Numbered from the stretch's first letter, positions 41,683 through 52,912 are shown. The stretch: 64,000 bases of DNA from an uncultured cyanobacterium (GCA_963719515.1 CAVRCJ010000003.1:32001-96000), one strand, 5' to 3'. Notes: generated by a model not told the origin, from the letters alone. Made by a program: numbers and translations.

Positions 41683-41907
41683 ATGAAAGTAGGCGAGCGC
41701 GTTCGGGTCAAAGAGTCAGTATTGGTTTATCATCACCCCAAACATCGGAACGAAGCCTTAGATCTCAAAGGCCAAGAGGGGGAAGTGGCGACTATTGCTA
41801 GCGAGTGGAAAGGTCAGGCCATCAGCGCCAACTTTCCTATCCAGGTCAAGTTTGACAAGCGATTCAAAGCCCACTTCCGTGAAGATGAGGTTGAGCTAAT
41901 CTCCTAG
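41683..41907 (+). CDS. ftrV: Ferredoxin-thioredoxin reductase variable subunit
   Basis: VGERVRVKESV.VYHHP.HR..DLKG.EG and ISANFP..V.F..F.AH motifs. Confidence 0.93.
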   Translation: MKVGERVRVKESVLVYHHPKHRNEALDLKGQEGEVATIASEWKGQAISANFPIQVKFDKRFKAHFREDEVELIS

Positions 41908-41947
41908 CCTGACTCGCGCTCGGGCAGTCTTTCTTCCCGAGGCGCTG

Positions 41948-42172
41948 CTAGCGGCAAAACCAGCCCCAAATATTCACCTCGCCCGCCATCTGCTCTAGAT
42001 CCTGCCGGTTGCGCTCAGCGAGATCGTAGTACCACTGACAGTACGCTTCAAAAGCCTGCCTGTCGCTAACCTCTCGGTAAAACTGAACCGTAGCCCAAGC
42101 GGCCTCCAGATCGCTGTCCTCAGCAATCGTCTGAGAGGCTGGAAAGGGTCTAGCGTAAAGTGGGTCGCTCAT
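41948..42172 (-). CDS. Conserved hypothetical protein
   Basis: FYREV..R.AFE.YCQWY motif; ATG overlaps the upstream TGA (TGATG). Confidence 0.7.
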   Translation of the reverse strand: MSDPLYARPFPASQTIAEDSDLEAAWATVQFYREVSDRQAFEAYCQWYYDLAERNRQDLEQMAGEVNIWGWFCR

Positions 42173-42957
42173 CAAGCCCACCCCCGCAGTCTGTAGACAA
42201 TCAGGCCGACGTATTCTTTCATAGCTCGGGTAAAATTTTCCAGGTTTTGGGCAGTGGGCAGAGTTTTAAGAATCTGAGCTTCGCTTGTAATAGGAGCTGC
42301 GTTGGCATCGGTGATTAGAAAGTCCGTTGGAGCCGCCGCCACCTCAATTCCCAACCGCTCAAAGACCGCTAGGGCTCGGGGCATGTGCATCGCAGAGGTC
42401 ACCAGCAAAATCTGTTCTAGGCCCTCTTGCTCCAGCAGCCGCTGAACATTGACGGCGTTTTGACGGGTGTTAAGGCTGTCTGGTTCTTGGAGAATGCTGG
42501 CTTTGGGAACGCCCAATACCTCCGCTAGGGACGCCATATCAGCAGACTCAGGCACTTTCACTCCCTCCCAAGCGATACGCCCGCCGCTGAGGATTAGCTT
42601 GGGCGCTTTGTCCTCTCGGTAGAGCTGTGCGCCGTGCAGGACGCGATCGCCCGATTCCATCAGATCTATCCAGGGGCGCGGCGGCAGCTGAGGGCGCACC
42701 GCACCGCCCAGCACTACGATAGCATCCACCTCGGGCAGTTCAGGTAAGGGCCGGTAGCGCCACTCTAAAGACTGCACGAGGGCGTCCGAAACCCAGCTGC
42801 TGCTGGGAATAAGGAGGACCAGCAGCGCCAGCCCCAAGGGTAATACCGCGAGCCGAGACCGCCACCACAGCATAGCCAATGCGACTACCATCAGCAGGCT
42901 GGCTAGCCCCAGGGGATAGATCAACGTCGGCAACAGCTTCGACAGAAATAGAAACAT
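42172..42957 (-). CDS. YdcF/ElyC (DUF218) family protein
   Basis: IVVLGG, ILSGG, E..SLNTRQNA, LVTSAMHMPRA and KEYVG motifs. Confidence 0.9.
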   Translation of the reverse strand: MFLFLSKLLPTLIYPLGLASLLMVVALAMLWWRSRLAVLPLGLALLVLLIPSSSWVSDALVQSLEWRYRPLPELPEVDAIVVLGGAVRPQLPPRPWIDLMESGDRVLHGAQLYREDKAPKLILSGGRIAWEGVKVPESADMASLAEVLGVPKASILQEPDSLNTRQNAVNVQRLLEQEGLEQILLVTSAMHMPRALAVFERLGIEVAAAPTDFLITDANAAPITSEAQILKTLPTAQNLENFTRAMKEYVGLIVYRLRGWA

Positions 42958-43065
42958 GGGCGACAATGCCTTCTGTTGAGAGCGGTACCTTGATTTCGAG
43001 TAGCGCGCGCTGCTCGATGTAAGCGTAGGGCGAATTAAGCGCTGCTCGACTGAGCCAACCTGAGT

Positions 43066-44298
43066 CTAATCCGCCGGCCCCACCGCCGCCATCGCCGCCT
43101 CTAGGGCGATCGCGGCATGGGTCCAGTGAGTTCCTCCCTGGCAAAACACGATGTAGGGGGGACGCAGCGGGCCGTCGGCAGACAGCTCAGCGGTGCTGCC
43201 GTCGATGAAGGTACCCCCCGCCATGACCAGCTGGCTTTCATAGCCCGGCATGTGAGCCGGCACCGGTTCTAGGTAGGCTCCCACCGGAGACCACTGCTGC
43301 ACCGCGCGGCAAAAGGCAATTACCTTCTCAGGGGAACCCAGCTGGATGGCCTGAATCACATCGCGCCGAGGCGCTAGGGGGGCAGGGTTGACGGGGTAGC
43401 CCAAATCTTTGAACACATGGGCCGTCAGATGGTTGCCTTTGACCGCCTCCCCCACCATCTGCGGCGCAAGAAAGAGTCCCTGAAACAGCAGTCTATTTTG
43501 ATCGAAGGTCGCGCCGCCGCTGCTGCCGATGCCGGGGGCCGTCAGCCGGCAGGCCGCCGCCTCAACCAAATCCGCTCGCCCCGCCACGTAGCCTCCTGCC
43601 GGAGCAACGGTGCCGCCAGGATTTTTGATCAGCGACCCGGCAATCAGGTCGGCCCCTACTGCAGGCGGCTCTTGCCCTTCCACGAATTCGCCGTAGCAGT
43701 TGTCGACAAAGCAGACCGTGTCGGGATTTTGGGCTTTAACCACCGCGACGATACGGGCGATATCGGCGATCGCTAGGCTAGGCCGCCAAGCGTATCCGCA
43801 GGAGCGCTGAATCAAGACCAGACGGGTGCTGTCGCTGACCGCCTCGCCCAAAGCCTGCCAATCGACCTCTCCGGTGGGCGTCAGGTCAAGCTGGCGGTAG
43901 CGAATCCCGAACTCTTTGAGCGAGCCCTGCCCCTTACCCCGTAAGCCAATCACTTCCTCTAGGGTGTCGTAGGGACTGCCCGCTACCGCCAGCATCTCGT
44001 CTCCAGGACGCAGGACTCCAAACAAGGCGCAGGCAATCGCGTGGGTTCCCGAGACAAACTGCAGCCGCACTGCGGCGGCCTCCGCACCCATACTGTCGGC
44101 AAAGACGCAATCCAGGGTATCTCTGCCCAGATCATCATGGCCATAGCCGCTGACCCCGCTAAAATGATGAGGCCCAACGCGATGATGCCGCATCGCTGTG
44201 AGTACGCGGGCAAGGTTCTCCTTGACCTGAGCGTCAATTCCAGCAAAAATCTGGAACAGCGCCTGTTGCGCTTCCTGCAGCCTATGGGAGCTGTCCAT
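43066..44298 (-). CDS. Methionine gamma-lyase-family (aluminium-resistance type) PLP enzyme
   Basis: SGYGHDDLGR, FVSGTHAI, QRSCGY, VDNCYGEF and GSLIKNPGG motifs. Confidence 0.92.
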   Translation of the reverse strand: MDSSHRLQEAQQALFQIFAGIDAQVKENLARVLTAMRHHRVGPHHFSGVSGYGHDDLGRDTLDCVFADSMGAEAAAVRLQFVSGTHAIACALFGVLRPGDEMLAVAGSPYDTLEEVIGLRGKGQGSLKEFGIRYRQLDLTPTGEVDWQALGEAVSDSTRLVLIQRSCGYAWRPSLAIADIARIVAVVKAQNPDTVCFVDNCYGEFVEGQEPPAVGADLIAGSLIKNPGGTVAPAGGYVAGRADLVEAAACRLTAPGIGSSGGATFDQNRLLFQGLFLAPQMVGEAVKGNHLTAHVFKDLGYPVNPAPLAPRRDVIQAIQLGSPEKVIAFCRAVQQWSPVGAYLEPVPAHMPGYESQLVMAGGTFIDGSTAELSADGPLRPPYIVFCQGGTHWTHAAIALEAAMAAVGPAD

Positions 44299-44498
44299 TG
44301 CTGTCCACTTTAAGATTGCCCATCTCTGTCAGACTGGGTGCTTATTATTGCGCACAATCGAACCGTTTGCCTAGTTCGGTATGACTTATCACTCGCCCGT
44401 TAAAGCAAACACCAGTCTAAGATGATAAGTGGCCCAGAGCCAATAATACTTGCTCTTAGATTGAATAACGCCTTATCGCTGTATCTCAAGACAACTAC

Positions 44499-45341
44499 AT
44501 GACGCTCGCAACTTCAAACAAACTTCCTTATTCTTGGACAACCATAATCTTTATGGCCATCGTCCACAGTGTCGCACTGCTGGCGCTGCTGCCGCAAAAT
44601 ATTAACTGGCAGGCGATCGCCGTAGCGGCATTTCTCTACTGGCTCACCGGCTGTGTGGGCGTCACTCTTGGATATCATCGCCTTGTAGCCCACAAGAGTT
44701 TTAAAGTTCCCAAGTGGCTTGAGTACTTTTTAGTGTTCTGCGGTACCCTCTCCTGTCAATCGTCGGCTATCGAATGGATTGGGCTACACCGTCACCACCA
44801 CGCCTACTCCGATCACGACAACGACCACCACACCTCGACTCGCGGCTTTTGGTGGAGCCACATGGAGTGGATGTTCTATGACGTACCCGCTAAGGAAGAA
44901 GTTCCTCGCTTCACGAAGGACATCGCAGACGACCCCGTCTATCAGTTCTTGAGCAACTATTTCATTCCTATCCAGATTGCTCTAGGCGTTGTGCTGCTGG
45001 CGATCGGCGGCTGGCCGTTTGTCCTATGGGGCATCTTCATGCGCTTGGTGCTGGTGTATCACACAACTTGGTTTGTTAACAGCGCCACCCACAAGTTTGG
45101 CTACCGCACCTACGACTCTGGCGATCGCTCCACCAACTGCTGGTGGGTCGCTGTGCTGGCGTTTGGAGAAGGCTGGCACAATAACCACCACGCCTTTCAG
45201 TATTCAGCTCGCCACGGCTTGAAGCCCTGGGAATTTGACCTCACCTGGCAGATTATCCGAGGACTGCAGTGGCTAGGTTTGGCCACCGATATCAAGCTCC
45301 CCGATGAGCAAAAGCTAGCCCTAGCAGAGATAGGCCGCTAG
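44499..45341 (+). CDS. desC: Delta-9 acyl-lipid desaturase
   Basis: His boxes HRLVAH, HRHHH and GEGWHNNHH. Confidence 0.93.
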   Translation: MTLATSNKLPYSWTTIIFMAIVHSVALLALLPQNINWQAIAVAAFLYWLTGCVGVTLGYHRLVAHKSFKVPKWLEYFLVFCGTLSCQSSAIEWIGLHRHHHAYSDHDNDHHTSTRGFWWSHMEWMFYDVPAKEEVPRFTKDIADDPVYQFLSNYFIPIQIALGVVLLAIGGWPFVLWGIFMRLVLVYHTTWFVNSATHKFGYRTYDSGDRSTNCWWVAVLAFGEGWHNNHHAFQYSARHGLKPWEFDLTWQIIRGLQWLGLATDIKLPDEQKLALAEIGR

Positions 45342-45515
45342 CCCTTGTGCTCCGCCGCTAGTCGGGTCTAGAACCGTAGGGACATGGCAGTGCCATGTCC
45401 TTTCCAGTATCCAATCATTTTCCACAAGGGTCGCCTTTGGTGGAAAATGGACAGACAGCGCGACAAAGACTGTACCTTCGCGATCGCCAATCCCACAATA
45501 CTCCCCACCCCCACC

Positions 45516-45920
45516 ATGGTTCTTTCCTTCTCAGGGACGCGTCCCACCAATTTAGGCGTGACTGACGGCAAGCTTGCCGCCTGCCCTAGCAGCCCCAACT
45601 GCGTCAACAGCCAGACGCCTCAAAGCGACGGCGAACACTATATCGAGCCAATTGCCTGCGGAGACGTTGATACCGCCATGGCGCGGCTTAGGTCCATTGT
45701 GGACAGCATGGCCCGCACCACCGTCGTCACCGAGTCGGAAAACTACCTCTACGCCGAATTTAAGAGCGCCCTCATGGGGTACGTAGACGACGTCGAATTC
45801 TATTTGGACAAAGCTGCAGGGGCGCTCCAGGTACGGTCTGCCTCTCGCGTAGGTAAGTCCGACTTAGGCGTCAACCGCAAGCGGATTGAGGCCATTCGCG
45901 CCCAGCTCAATCCAGCTTAG
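45516..45920 (+). CDS. DUF1499-family protein
   Basis: CPSSPNCV, YVDDVEF and RSASRVGKSDLGVNRKR motifs. Confidence 0.88.
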   Translation: MVLSFSGTRPTNLGVTDGKLAACPSSPNCVNSQTPQSDGEHYIEPIACGDVDTAMARLRSIVDSMARTTVVTESENYLYAEFKSALMGYVDDVEFYLDKAAGALQVRSASRVGKSDLGVNRKRIEAIRAQLNPA

Positions 45921-45923
45921 GTT

Positions 45924-47483
45924 GTGACGGTGCCGAAGGCGGTAGCGGCAGGCTGGTGGCGTCGAGTAGGGACGCTGCTGCTCTTTTGCGGAGTGGCGCT
46001 GGCGTTTGGGATCAGCTATACCCAGGACGCTATTTACCATTCCCCAGAAAATCAAAACACCAAGTATCTCCACGGCCTAGCTCAAGCGGGCCACGGCTTT
46101 TTGAGCCAAGACTGGACAGCCAATACCCTCAATCCGCTGCCTGCATTTACCGCCCTGGTGCGCTTCACCTATCAGTTCATACAGCCTGAGTACGGGTTCT
46201 ACTTCTACTATTTCATTGTTTTTGGGCTATACGTCTTCAGTCTGGTAGGCATTACCGCATCGGTATACCCGGCGATCGCCAAGTGGTCTCGGGTGGTCCC
46301 GTTCTTTGCCCTGCTGCTGCTAGTCCACTGCTTGGATATCGACATTGGCGATATTGAAATTGGCTGGCATCTACAGGCTGGAGTAGCGCAGCAGTACATC
46401 TTGGGGCCGGTGTTTCAGCCCGCCAACTTTGGCGTCTTTCTGCTGGTGTCGATTTGGCTGTTTTTGCAGCGGCGCAGCCTGGGGTTTGCGGTGGGGGCAG
46501 CGGTCTGTCTGGCGATCGCCGTCACGTTTCACCCGGCCTACCTGCCCAGCGTTGGGGCGCTGACGCTGTCCTACATGGTTGTTTTGGCGCTGCAGCGCCA
46601 GTGGGCCAAGACCGGCGTCGTCGCCCTAGCGAGCGGGCTGCTGACGCTGCCCGTGCTGCTGTACATGCTGATCACCTTTTCTGACACCTCCCCAGAACTT
46701 GCCCAGCAGGCCACAGCCTACATCGTCAACGAGCGCATCCCCCACCATTCTCTTCCCGCCGAGTGGGTGGACAGCAGCGTCTATTTTCAGATGGCGGTGG
46801 TGGCCTTAGGAGTTTACCTGGGCCGCCGTAGTCCGCTTGCGATCGTTTTAGGGGTGCCCTTTGCGATCGCTATCTTGGGGACGATTATCCAGGTGATCAC
46901 CGGCAGCGACTTTATTGCCTTCGCTGCCCCTTGGCGAATATCGGTGTTTTTGCTGCCGGTGGCCACCAGCTTGACGCTGGGAGCATTGGTCACCCGTCTG
47001 CCGCTAGAGCGTATCCAATGGCGGCGGTTTTCCCGATGGCTGAGCGTCACCGTGACTGTAATTTTAGTCATTGTGGGGGGCGTTGAGCAGTGGGGGGAGT
47101 GGCATCCTCAAGACGGCACCGAGGCAATGATGGAATACGTGAAGCAGACGGTGCAGCCCGGTGAGGTGTACCTAGTCCCTGCTGATAACAAAAAGCTGCG
47201 CCGCTTTCGCCTCTACACCGGAGCCCCGATCTACATCAATCGCAAAAGCCACCCCTACAAAGACGTAGAGGTAATTGAGTGGAGCGATCGCCTCACCTTC
47301 GCTAAGCGGTTTTACAACACAAAGAAGCCTGAATTTCAATGTCAGCTGCTGCGCCGGCGGTTTAGCAGCGCGGGGGTAACTCACGTCGTATTTCCAAAGG
47401 GAACAAAGCAGCGCTGCCCAGAGCTGCAGCAGCGCTATCGAGACGAAAACTACAGCGTCTACGAGTGGAGCGCCCTCAACTAA
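45924..47483 (+). CDS. Multi-TM membrane protein (DUF6798-like; possibly GT-C fold)
   Basis: About 11 TM helices; NQNTK, GVAQQY, RIPHH and FRLYTG.P..KSHPY..EW..R motifs. Confidence 0.6.
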   Translation: MTVPKAVAAGWWRRVGTLLLFCGVALAFGISYTQDAIYHSPENQNTKYLHGLAQAGHGFLSQDWTANTLNPLPAFTALVRFTYQFIQPEYGFYFYYFIVFGLYVFSLVGITASVYPAIAKWSRVVPFFALLLLVHCLDIDIGDIEIGWHLQAGVAQQYILGPVFQPANFGVFLLVSIWLFLQRRSLGFAVGAAVCLAIAVTFHPAYLPSVGALTLSYMVVLALQRQWAKTGVVALASGLLTLPVLLYMLITFSDTSPELAQQATAYIVNERIPHHSLPAEWVDSSVYFQMAVVALGVYLGRRSPLAIVLGVPFAIAILGTIIQVITGSDFIAFAAPWRISVFLLPVATSLTLGALVTRLPLERIQWRRFSRWLSVTVTVILVIVGGVEQWGEWHPQDGTEAMMEYVKQTVQPGEVYLVPADNKKLRRFRLYTGAPIYINRKSHPYKDVEVIEWSDRLTFAKRFYNTKKPEFQCQLLRRRFSSAGVTHVVFPKGTKQRCPELQQRYRDENYSVYEWSALN

Positions 47484-47487
47484 TTGA

Positions 47488-48246
47488 CTATTGATTGAGG
47501 GCGGTAAGCGCTTCTACAAAAGCGCCGTTGAGCGCCTCATACCCCTGCGCGTTGAGATGGAGCTCATCTTTACGATGCTGCCGCTGCATCAACCCCCGCT
47601 CATCGGCGAGCACCGCATACCCATCGAAGACGATCACGCCGTCATCCGCTAGCGCCCTGATGTAGTCATTGACCGTCTCAACGGCTTTGCCCACTTCATC
47701 TGACCAAACAAGCCTGCGCTCTAAGGGCACCTCGCCTGCAGGAAGAATGGTGCTCACGACAACAACTGCCCCCGACGATCTAGAAACATTGACCATCTGC
47801 TGAATGTTGTCGCGGCAGTTGGCCACGATTGTCTCTTGCTGTGCTGGCAGGAGCGGGATGGCCTTGAGATCGTTGATGCCCACCTGAATGACAACGACAT
47901 CGGGCTGTAGAGGCTGGATGTGAGAGTCAAACCTTTTCAGCGCTTGGATTGAGGTTTGAGAACCCACCCCGCGGTTGACGAAGTCGTACCCCGCGATATC
48001 GGGTGCAGGCCACCCCGCAGCTCTAGAGTCTCCCCAAAAGACAACCCGCTTCTGGCGGGCGTCGAAGGCAGTGGAATTTGACGGGGTGTCGTAATAACTC
48101 AAGCCCAAGGGGTCCAACCGCACCTGGCTTAGCTCGGTGTAGTACTTTTTGAGCTGCCCGTAGAGCAGGAAGTTGAGCGCCGCTGAGCCTCCAAGCAGCA
48201 ACAAGCTTAACCCCGCTATCAGCAGAATAGCTTTGTTGAACTTCAT
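47488..48246 (-). CDS. SGNH/GDSL hydrolase
   Basis: GDSR, NRGVG, GIND and DELHLN motifs. Confidence 0.9.
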   Translation of the reverse strand: MKFNKAILLIAGLSLLLLGGSAALNFLLYGQLKKYYTELSQVRLDPLGLSYYDTPSNSTAFDARQKRVVFWGDSRAAGWPAPDIAGYDFVNRGVGSQTSIQALKRFDSHIQPLQPDVVVIQVGINDLKAIPLLPAQQETIVANCRDNIQQMVNVSRSSGAVVVVSTILPAGEVPLERRLVWSDEVGKAVETVNDYIRALADDGVIVFDGYAVLADERGLMQRQHRKDELHLNAQGYEALNGAFVEALTALNQ

Positions 48247-48400
48247 CGCTAGCGTTACTTAGAGAGGGACGGCTTTGGCCCTATTTTAAACAGCTGCAGA
48301 TCGAAAAGCGCACGCAGAAATTTAAATCCTTACGCGCGCTTGAAGTCGTTTTGACGTCTCCAGCCAGATTTACGGTGGAGGCATACAGAGTAGCCGAGGA

Positions 48401-48849
48401 GTGACATACTCCCGACGCTCATCTTTTAGATAGAGCGCGGGCTTCTTGGCTCACGCACCACAATTTAATGGATGCCGCGCAAGAAGGTGTCCTGCTTCAT
48501 CTGGTCCTGTCTAGTTACGCAGCAAGCCGTGCAACCCCGATTAGATCCCATCGACAGGCGATTTGTTTAATGTCCAGGCAATGACCAACCCCAGACAGTG
48601 ACGAGTATTCAATTTCCAGCTACGTTTTCTACCGTCTGCACTGTTCACCAGCCAAGGGCTGTACGTTTGTGTCAGGATAGCAGGCCGCCGCCATGAAATA
48701 GTTTGAGCTTGGTTCAATTGTACCCTTTGCTCGCCTCGGCGCTGCCCTTAATTGCCGCCTTCGGCATCCAGTCAAGGGCGCACCTCGACTCGCTCGCTTA
48801 CATCCCGACGCTGATGCTGCGCATACAGCGCGGGGCTTTCACGAACTAG
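48401..48849 (-). mobile_element. Non-autonomous 449-bp IS200/IS605 derivative (ends + promoter + omegaRNA-like region, no tnpB)
   Basis: On the minus strand the left end follows TATTAG and shares 34 identical nt with the left end of the 54241 element. The right end reads GAAGCCCGCGCTCTA...AGCGTCGGGAGTATGTCAC. No ORF of 60 aa or more. Confidence 0.85.
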
Positions 48850-49383
48850 CTAATACGCGTCCTGAAGCTCGTAAAAGTCCGGCGAGATGTAGTCTTTGCG
48901 CAGCGGCCAGCCCTTCCAGTCTTCCGGCATCAAGATGCGCTTTAGACCCGGATGACCCTCATACACAATGCCGTACATGTCGTAGCTCTCTCGCTCCTGC
49001 CAGTCCGCAGCCCGCCAAATCCAATAGACCGAGGGCACACGAGGATCGTCCCGCGGGATGAATACCTTGATGCGGACCTCTTCGGCAGTGTCAACATCGT
49101 CAGCCACCTTGATTAGGTGGTAAGTACTCACCAGCTCTTTGCCAGGACCTAAATCATAAGCCGCTTGGCACTGGAGATAGTTAAACCCGTAGGCAAGTAG
49201 CGCCGTCGAAAACGGAATCAGCAGCTCGCGATCGATTTTAAGAATCTCAGTCTCCTGATGGTCGGGAGAGAGAATGTCGTGCTCGAAGCCCTGCTCCGTC
49301 AGCCACTTGGAGACCTTACCGGCCTCAATAATTTCTCCCCCCTGCTCCTGCTCAGCAGCCTTATCTGACGTCTCATCAGCCAC
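48850..49383 (-). CDS. ndhJ: NDH-1 subunit J
   Basis: [21 protein letters not shown] and [20 protein letters not shown] motifs. Confidence 0.96.
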   Translation of the reverse strand: MADETSDKAAEQEQGGEIIEAGKVSKWLTEQGFEHDILSPDHQETEILKIDRELLIPFSTALLAYGFNYLQCQAAYDLGPGKELVSTYHLIKVADDVDTAEEVRIKVFIPRDDPRVPSVYWIWRAADWQERESYDMYGIVYEGHPGLKRILMPEDWKGWPLRKDYISPDFYELQDAY

Positions 49384-50104
49384 GATCGCTCACCTCCTTT
49401 TCTCTCTCTTCCGATGCTACGGGCATCCCGAACGCTTCTGCAAGCTCTTTCGGAGGGGCCTGACGTTCTTGAACTGAGAGATACTTACCATCGTGGATGG
49501 TGGGAACTGACTTCATTTCATGGGAGCGGGTATAGTAGCGGTGAGTTTGAGCTCTGATACCCCGCTCTTGAGCGGCTTCAGCCGAGATCTTCTTCCGCAG
49601 CTTGATAATGGCGTCCACGATCGCCTCTGGGCGAGGCGGACAGCCAGGGATGTAGACGTCCACGGGGATAAGCTTGTCTACACCGCGCACCGCTGAGGGA
49701 GAGTCCGTGCTGAACATGCCTCCGGTGATGGTGCAGGCCCCCATGGCAATGACGTACTTGGGGTCGGGCATCTGCTCGTAGAGACGCACCAGAGCGGGGG
49801 CCATCTTCATGGTCACCGTACCGGCGGTGATCAGCAGATCCGCCTGCCGAGGACTGGCCCGAGGAATGAGCCCAAATCTATCAAAGTCGAAGCGGGAGCC
49901 AATTAGGGCGGCAAACTCAATGAAGCAGCAGGCTGTGCCATACAGCAGCGGCCACAGGCTTGAAAGGCGGGCCCAGTTGTGCAGATCGTCGACCGTCGTT
50001 AAGATGACGTTCTCCGATAGATCCTGAGTAATCTCAGGTGTCCCAACTGGATTTGTGATCTGCTTTAAGGTGTCTTTGGCGCTTGCGCTCGGATTCATGA
50101 CCAT
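49376..50104 (-). CDS. ndhK: NDH-1 subunit K
   Basis: [26 protein letters not shown] and PGCPPRPE motifs. Confidence 0.97.
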   Translation of the reverse strand: MVMNPSASAKDTLKQITNPVGTPEITQDLSENVILTTVDDLHNWARLSSLWPLLYGTACCFIEFAALIGSRFDFDRFGLIPRASPRQADLLITAGTVTMKMAPALVRLYEQMPDPKYVIAMGACTITGGMFSTDSPSAVRGVDKLIPVDVYIPGCPPRPEAIVDAIIKLRKKISAEAAQERGIRAQTHRYYTRSHEMKSVPTIHDGKYLSVQERQAPPKELAEAFGMPVASEEREKEVSDRG

Positions 50105-50457
50105 TCCAGTGCTCCTTTTCTCCATGCATAGACTAGGCCAACAACGAGAATCGCAACGAAGATGAGAACTTCGATAAAGGCGAGCAGGCCAAGCTGATTA
50201 AATGCGACCGCCCAGGGATAGAGGAACACAACCTCAACGTCGAAGATGACGAACACGAGCGCAAACATGTAGTAGCGGATGTTGAACTGAATCCACGCAC
50301 CACCAATAGGCTCCATTCCTGACTCGTATGTCGTTCGGCGCTCAACGCCTTCGCGCTTGGGTCGCACAATGTAGGATGTTCCCAGCGCCAGGATTGGCAC
50401 CAGCCCACAAACCATCAAAAATCCGAGAAGATATTCGTATCCGCTAAGGACAAACAC
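50095..50457 (-). CDS. ndhC: NDH-1 subunit C
   Basis: [24 protein letters not shown] and [10 protein letters not shown] motifs. Confidence 0.97.
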   Translation of the reverse strand: MFVLSGYEYLLGFLMVCGLVPILALGTSYIVRPKREGVERRTTYESGMEPIGGAWIQFNIRYYMFALVFVIFDVEVVFLYPWAVAFNQLGLLAFIEVLIFVAILVVGLVYAWRKGALEWS

Positions 50458-50655
50458 TGCGTCTACTGCCCTACCCGTTCCAAATGTTACGTCTCAATGT
50501 TACCTTTCTTTTTATTATAAAAGCCCTTCACCTCGGTGCCCCTATCAAATTAGGCGAATTTTGGACCTCGATTGGGCCAGGCCAACGGCCTCAGTCAAAG
50601 TCGAGGTCAGGGCGATCGCCTTCCCTGTCGACCATCGCGATGAGCAAAACTGAGT

Positions 50656-52180
50656 ATGGATGACGTCGCCGGACGACCCCCGGTTATAGCGCCGGCAACA
50701 AGCGCTGAGCCAAGACCCTCGGCGGTAGCGCGAGCAGGCCAGGCGGTAAGCGCCGAGCAGGAAACCATGGCGGTAAGTGCCGAGCAAGAGGCCTTAGCGG
50801 TAAGCGCTGGGCAAGAGACCTCGGCAGCAAGTGCCGAAAACGCAATAGATCAGCTTCTAAATCGCACCGCCAAAGCAGGCGTCCATCTCGGACTCGCCCA
50901 AATCAAGCAGCTGCTAGCCCACCTCGACTCTCCTCACCACGCCCTGCCCATTGTGCATGTGGCCGGCACGAACGGCAAAGGGTCCGTCTGCGCCTACCTC
51001 TCGTCAGTTCTTACCCAGGCCGGGTACCGCGTGGGCCGCTACACCTCCCCGCATTTGGTCAGCTGGATCGAGCGCATTCACATCGACGAAACCCCCATAG
51101 CGCCCGCTACCCTACTGGCCCTCCTGCACACCGTCACCGAAACCGTTGCCGCCCACAACCTCGCCCCGACCCAGTTTGAGCTGATTACCGCCGCGGCGTG
51201 GCTGCACTTTGCGCAGCAGCAGGTCGACTTGGCCATTATGGAGGTAGGTTTGGGGGGCCGCCTTGACGCCACCAACTGCTGCGATCGCCCCCTAGCCACC
51301 GCCATCACCTCCATTGGCCGCGACCACTGGCAGCGCCTTGGCCCCACCCTGAAGGACATTGCCCGGGAGAAAGCCGGTATTTTGAAGCCCGGTGTCCCGG
51401 CTGTGGTGGGGCCCGTGTCGGAGGAAGCCGCCGCCGCCATTACCCAGCGATCGCAGGCTGTGGGCTGTCCGCTGCTGTGGGTCACCCCCTCTACGCCTGC
51501 ACTCAGCCCTGACCCAGATCGTCCTGGAGTTTGGGCTCGGTTTACGCCCCCCTCAGAGACGCATCTGAATGCGCCTCCCCAAACCTTCATCCCGCTGACC
51601 TACCCTCTAGCGCTGCTAGGGGCGCACCAGTACAGCAACTCGGCGGTGGCGATCGCGCTGCTGCAGCTGCTGCAAAATCAGGGCTGGGCTATTCCAACGG
51701 AGGCCATCCAGAAGGGGATGGGGAAAGCGCAGCTGGCCCGCCCGACTGCAGTGGGCCAGCTGGCGGGGCATCCCGCTGCTAATTGACGGGGCGCATAACG
51801 CGGATGCGGCTCGTGCCCTGCGCCACTATGTGGATGAGTATCGGCGTCAGGGCGAGGGCGCCCGCTCCACGACTTGGGTGATCGGCATGCTGACGACGAA
51901 AGACCATCCTGAGGTGTTGGCGGCGCTGCTGCGACCAGGCGATCGCGCTTGCTTCGTGCCGGTGCCGGGTCACCAAACGGCGGCCCCTCAAGAACTGGCG
52001 GCTGAGGCGCACCGCGTTTATTCTGGGCTACGCTGTGCCACCGCTACTGACGGATTTGAGGCGTTGGACTGGGCGACTCAAGCTGTCGGTGACCCGCGAC
52101 TATCCCCTATTGTGCTTTGTGGCTCTCTCTACTTGATTGGCGATATGTTGGCGCAGCGGCATCCTGAGCTGTTGGTCTAG
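50656..52180 (+). CDS. folC: Folylpolyglutamate/dihydrofolate synthase (apparent +1 frameshift at about 51733)
   Basis: GTNGKGS, YTSPHL and EVGLGGRLDATN motifs. Removing one C restores QWPARLQ..LIDGAHN and continues to CGSLYLIG. Confidence 0.9.
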
Positions 52181-52390
52181 GCTAGAGGAGGCGCAAGATG
52201 TCAAGAATCGAGTCGAACTCAAGTATGGTTTAACCGATTGTGCTCTATCAGCTCGGTAAAACCGCTATCCTAAAGAAGCGGCTCCGGCTAGCGTCACGAC
52301 GATTGTGCTCGCTTAGCGGCACTATTCAACGGAACTATAGAGCAGATAGCAGCGCTGCTGATTTAGAGTAAGCAACGGGAGATTTCAAGC

Positions 52391-52897
52391 ATGACTTGGC
52401 GCGGACAAACGACCCCCTGGAATCGAGTATTTTCCTGCCTGGTGTATGTCTTGCCGCTTATGGAAGCCTACATGCAGTACGGGCGAGTCTTCTTTGCCCA
52501 GTTTCCTGTGCTCAACTTTTTGCTGCTGCCCCTACTCCCCTTCCTGGCCATCTACGGAACGCTACTCAGCGTATTTCCCTTCGGGTTGGGGGGTCTAGTA
52601 GTCTTTATCGCCCTGATCGCCCTTGTAGTGCGCAACGAGCGCATCCGCCACTTTGTCCGCTTCAACACGATGCAGGCTATTCTTATCGGCATTGCCCTAA
52701 GTATCTTCAGTCTGCTTTGGAGCGCCCTTCTCAGCGTCACGCCCGCCCTAAGCGGCAGCATCATTGGCCTGACCATCGCCAATGTCCTGTTTTTGGGAAC
52801 GGTAGCTCTTGTCGGCTATTCAATTTTCCAGTCAGCCCGTGGCCAATATGCAGAAATCCCGACGCTGTCAGAGGCTGTCTACGCCCAGGTTCGCTAG
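52391..52897 (+). CDS. Tic20/Ycf60-family membrane protein
   Basis: R.FSCL.Y.LP, VVRN..I.HFVRFNTMQAIL and G.YAEIP..SEA motifs. Confidence 0.9.
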   Translation: MTWRGQTTPWNRVFSCLVYVLPLMEAYMQYGRVFFAQFPVLNFLLLPLLPFLAIYGTLLSVFPFGLGGLVVFIALIALVVRNERIRHFVRFNTMQAILIGIALSIFSLLWSALLSVTPALSGSIIGLTIANVLFLGTVALVGYSIFQSARGQYAEIPTLSEAVYAQVR

Positions 52898-52912
52898 CTA
52901 GAGTAGGTTACG

